31,081 nt of DNA from Microgenomates group bacterium (GTDB taxonomy: Bacteria; Patescibacteriota; Microgenomatia; UBA1400; PJMF01), in assembly GCA_009776965.1 (NCBI GenBank), contig WRMU01000001.1, forward strand, positions 1-31,081. The letters are read 5' to 3'. This document shows, in pieces, positions 27,524 to 31,081 of the stretch (position 1 is its first letter; each line of letters starts with the position of its first letter). The notes beneath the pieces are model-generated. The model was not told the origin of the DNA and did not search any database. It saw only the letters and a list, made by a program, of their open reading frames with translations. The position numbers and the translations under genes were made by a program.

Positions 27524-30500
27524 TTAGTTTTCAAAACCCGTCATCACCGTCGCCGAGCGCATCCAGCTAGGTGCATTCACCGCCAAGTCTGGGCGATAAA
27601 CGAAGGTCTCTGTCGGCACTCGGTTGTTATATATGCCATAGACATCATTCTGACACCCTCTCTGGCGATTATTAAAGTCCCTCCAAAGATTCAATTGTTG
27701 CAAAGCAACCATCATTCCCTGATGGATATATTGCTTATCTGTCCATACCCTCCCTTCTCCGCAATCAGATAGATCTTGATAGCTCTTCACGGTCACGCTT
27801 CCGTCAGCCATAAAGAAACCCTCCGAAGACCCTACATTCAACGATACTGGTATCCCCACATCTCCTCCATAAGCTGCGTTATTAACACTGGCAGTCTGCC
27901 CTTCCCAGCACTGATTTACCAGCTCCATGTCAATATCACCGCCCTGTGCCGGATTAGGCATGGCCAAACCTAAGTTAGCCTCAATAGTGATATTGCCCTT
28001 CGCAACAATCCCCAAGAAGTTCCCTTGATCCACCATCGTCACTGCATTATTACTCCCATAACTCTCCTCCCCCGCATCTTTATCCGAAGATAAGTACACA
28101 TCACCCGCCACAAGCACCGTTACTTTTTGATATTCATTATCTTGTTTTCGAATATATAGAGGATTTTGATTGGCCGCTAAATACAGATCTCCCTTCACAT
28201 AACACACCCAGTCTGTCACGCCCTCCACCTCCACCTGATATTTAATCGCCCAACAGCTGCCCTCGATGAAGTCGTTAGTAAAGAAAGGCCTACTTTCCCC
28301 AATCCCCTCTCTTTCTAATCTTGCCTTGGTCAATGGCTCGTCGTCATAAGTTACATAACTACTCAATAACCATAACATACGGTCAAAATCTTCCATAGCT
28401 GGAGTATAACCCGCTGTCTGTCCATCAGAAGCCACTCTCGATCCTGCCGCCCCCACACTGCCAGACGTTTCTGGAGTTGGCGTAATACCCTGACTGCTGG
28501 TCCTACTGGTCAACCTCTTAGCTAAACCAACATAAGTAGCTCCCGCCGGAATCGCTCCAATATTGCCATCTCGATTATTAACGGCTTCAATTCTGTTTCG
28601 TAGTGGATCCTCACTCCCTCCCTCGACCCCATCAATGCCACTCACCAAAGCCACCCCCGCGCTATTAGAGTTCCCACTACAAGCACCAAAACCTCTAATC
28701 ATTCTTGCCGTACAATTCTGAGCACTGTCCCTGCTAGCTAAAATATCTTGATAGCCAGCCCCGCCCTCATATCTCATCGTCGCCAAATATGGATTTTCCT
28801 CGCCAATATTCAAACACTGCGCCTGACTATAAGTACAAGCGTCGGTCAAGGCATTAGTCGGCACTCGGCTTAACATCCCAGAATAGGCATAAACATTTCC
28901 TCCCGCCACCTGCCACCAAGCACTAGCAAAACAATCTCTCTTGCCTACATAGATTCTCTTACTGGTACAAATGTCCGCATTATTTAGCGGCAGCACATCT
29001 TGATAAGCGCAATCCGCTCCTCCGCTGGCTCTACTTGGACACATGCAGGCAAAATAGCTGGTCAGATCCCCAGAGTTAGTCAATCCATAACTCATGGTAT
29101 AGCGGTTAAAGCTATAATTACTTATCAAATCCTCTCCTTGCACGATATGATGCTCAATAGCTTCTTCTTTATCCAGCTCAATTAGCGCATAATCCGCTCC
29201 ACTGATTTGAAAGTCAAATGTTGTGTCTGGCGCCGTTTCTGTGCTTGGCTCATTAGGTATTTCTTCCCTAGTCGAGGTCATCACCGCTGTCTGTCTGGGC
29301 ACACATTGTCCATCCTCATCCGCCGTGGCGCTAAACTCCGCATCTCCATAAACCACTAGCCGCAAGTCTGGAATGAAAGTAAACTCTGGAGTCAAGGCCA
29401 GCCCACCATTATTCTCTGCATAACACTCCTTGCTCAAATCATCATCGTCCTGTGTGTCAATACATTCGAATCGACACATCGCCCGATTAAATCGCCAGCC
29501 TGCATCTGCCGCATTACCTTCATTCATAATCCATCTCCCATTACTCCCTCCAAATCCATATTTATTCCCCAACATCCCTTTTATTCCTGCTGGATCAGTC
29601 AGTCTCGTCCAGTCAGCAATACACTCTCCTTCTCGCGACTCAAAACCATTTTGCTCATCTCCCGAAGTAATCCTTCCCGCCAGTGGCCCCACATTAGCCA
29701 AATCCTTTTGCCCATAGCTGGAATAGATATTCTTCGCCCGAGGAACTTCTAGCGTTACTATCGGTGCTGTGTCCTCCGCCGTCACATCCACCACCACATC
29801 TGGCAATATAATCGGCCCCGGCTCCCTACCACAATCTATATACTCGTCAATCGCCTCTCTGCCGGGGTGAACAACCTCCGAGTCCGGATCACTAGGATCA
29901 GCATATGTCGGAGGCACCGCCGGACTCACAATATGTGCATCATACAAATCAACCCGCACTTTCCAAGTAATATTCTCCTCACAGTTCTCATCATCCCTAT
30001 CAGTCTTACGGATGGTAAATCGAAGTGTGGCAGTATCGTCTCCCATAGTACCTTCGCCACCACTCCCTCCATCCTCACCGCCGCCACCAGTACTAAGCCC
30101 ATCATCAGTCACTTCGGGGCAAGGATCCTCAAGATCATCACCTCCTCGACACCTCGCAGGAAGTTCTGGACACTGCTCACTCTCCAGACAATCATCACAG
30201 CTTCTATCATCACAAAATGCTAATACCTCCTCAAGAGTACGATAACATTTGTCATGACTGCCATCACGATAACTAGAGCTTTCTTCCGTAAACCAACTAC
30301 GATACTTCTTCTCCCATGAAGACAGGTTTTCACTACACTTTTCAATTCCTTTCTCATCATTCACATAAGGATTATTAGTTACTTCTGCTCTAGTCAACCT
30401 ACCATGCCAAGTTTGTTGCTTGGTGGGGTTCAAATCATCACTTGGATTACAATAATACAGCCATTGCCGACATACCGCCTCTGCCTCTGCCTCCGTTTCA

Positions 30501-31081
30501 TAACACTCACCAAACACCCGATCGCTATCTTCTTTATTTGTACTCCCTCCCCAAGCCTTTGCTCCTCTAGCTAGGGCTCCATTTCGACAATCGTCTCGGG
30601 ATGCGTAGCCAGCCTTATATACCGTAGGCGCCCAGCCATTATCTCCGTCGCTTCCAATGCAGACATAAAATGCTTCGCATTGTTCCTCTCCTCTATCATC
30701 GTCATCCTCCTCCTCATCGTCGGGAATTGTTGGTTGCGGAGAAGGAGAAGGAGAGGGAGTGGGCGAAGAACCAGTGGGAGGAGAAGATGGAGAAGGAGAG
30801 GGAGTGGGCGAAGAACCAGTGGGAGGAGAAGATGGAGAAGGAGAAGGAGAAGAAACGGGAGAAGGGACACTACTAGCAGCCGCTCGCGAACATACCGTGG
30901 AGTCAGTTGGTCCAGAACCACAATTAGTTCTGCCATTGTAAATCGTATGACCGCTTCCCTCCGCCATCGCCTTATTATTACAAGAATATCCCACCGTCCC
31001 AGACGCCTGCCCGCAAACAGGAGCGGGAGATGGAGAAGGAGATGGAGAAGAAGAAGGACGTTCACACTGATAATAGTAAGC
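27524..31081 (-). CDS. Giant Cys-rich putative surface protein with Ser/Pro linkers (5' truncated, >1185 aa)
   Basis: The frame stays open upstream of the track's GTG 30994 to the window end (AYYYQCERPSSSPSPSPSPAPVCGQASGT...). SP repeats, an acidic patch, Cys-rich modules and a C-terminal WWQVAGGNVY...FVYRPDL region. Confidence 0.85.
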   Translation of the reverse strand, partial: AYYYQCERPSSSPSPSPSPAPVCGQASGTVGYSCNNKAMAEGSGHTIYNGRTNCGSGPTDSTVCSRAAASSVPSPVSSPSPSPSSPPTGSSPTPSPSPSSPPTGSSPTPSPSPSPQPTIPDDEEEDDDDRGEEQCEAFYVCIGSDGDNGWAPTVYKAGYASRDDCRNGALARGAKAWGGSTNKEDSDRVFGECYETEAEAEAVCRQWLYYCNPSDDLNPTKQQTWHGRLTRAEVTNNPYVNDEKGIEKCSENLSSWEKKYRSWFTEESSSYRDGSHDKCYRTLEEVLAFCDDRSCDDCLESEQCPELPARCRGGDDLEDPCPEVTDDGLSTGGGGEDGGSGGEGTMGDDTATLRFTIRKTDRDDENCEENITWKVRVDLYDAHIVSPAVPPTYADPSDPDSEVVHPGREAIDEYIDCGREPGPIILPDVVVDVTAEDTAPIVTLEVPRAKNIYSSYGQKDLANVGPLAGRITSGDEQNGFESREGECIADWTRLTDPAGIKGMLGNKYGFGGSNGRWIMNEGNAADAGWRFNRAMCRFECIDTQDDDDLSKECYAENNGGLALTPEFTFIPDLRLVVYGDAEFSATADEDGQCVPRQTAVMTSTREEIPNEPSTETAPDTTFDFQISGADYALIELDKEEAIEHHIVQGEDLISNYSFNRYTMSYGLTNSGDLTSYFACMCPSRASGGADCAYQDVLPLNNADICTSKRIYVGKRDCFASAWWQVAGGNVYAYSGMLSRVPTNALTDACTYSQAQCLNIGEENPYLATMRYEGGAGYQDILASRDSAQNCTARMIRGFGACSGNSNSAGVALVSGIDGVEGGSEDPLRNRIEAVNNRDGNIGAIPAGATYVGLAKRLTSRTSSQGITPTPETSGSVGAAGSRVASDGQTAGYTPAMEDFDRMLWLLSSYVTYDDEPLTKARLEREGIGESRPFFTNDFIEGSCWAIKYQVEVEGVTDWVCYVKGDLYLAANQNPLYIRKQDNEYQKVTVLVAGDVYLSSDKDAGEESYGSNNAVTMVDQGNFLGIVAKGNITIEANLGLAMPNPAQGGDIDMELVNQCWEGQTASVNNAAYGGDVGIPVSLNVGSSEGFFMADGSVTVKSYQDLSDCGEGRVWTDKQYIHQGMMVALQQLNLWRDFNNRQRGCQNDVYGIYNNRVPTETFVYRPDLAVNAPSWMRSATVMTGFEN
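30744..30844. repeat. 45-bp perfect tandem repeat x2.2 encoding SSPPTGSSPTPSPSP
   Basis: Units 30744-30788 and 30789-30833 are identical, followed by an 11-nt partial copy. Confidence 0.9.

Noticed and set aside
30738-31056. Purine-rich repeats as a CRISPR array or non-coding satellite
   Set aside because: No unique spacers or cas genes; the unit length is a multiple of 3 and encodes an in-frame Ser/Pro linker.

Overview
Gene-dense chromosomal housekeeping window. Inference: a Patescibacteria/CPR (Microgenomates-like) genome, judged from protein style, tiny intergenic gaps, a PH-domain membrane protein, a Wzy_C-TPR protein and a giant Cys-rich surface protein. Genetic code 11. The + strand is C-rich (lagging-strand-like). 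Contents, in order: uvrA 3' end; dgkA plus a soluble GAF histidine kinase; a divergent DRE-TIM (LeuA/homocitrate-synthase-like) enzyme paired head-to-head with a class I/II aminotransferase; dprA; O-antigen-ligase/TPR-def-fmt-rpmB-GT2; tRNA-Pro(UGG) and tRNA-Leu(UAA); efp; hypotheticals; xth; a complete atpI-B-E-F-H-A-G-D-C operon; pnp; UDP-glucuronate decarboxylase-GT4; pcrA/uvrD; and a >1185-aa surface protein running off the right end. No CRISPR array, integrase, transposase or rRNA was seen. Main observations: (1) the c subunit has a two-carboxylate Na+-binding signature; (2) (TGn)TAnnnT boxes sit 6-8 nt before many first-cistron ATGs (leaderless-type), while AGAAAGG precedes internal atp genes; (3) a WalR/OmpR-type direct repeat and a mini-uORF lie at dprA; (4) palindromes and a long stem-loop flank pnp and the atp promoter; (5) the DRE-TIM/aminotransferase pair is an orphan metabolic module. 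All family calls come from motif reading, not database searches.
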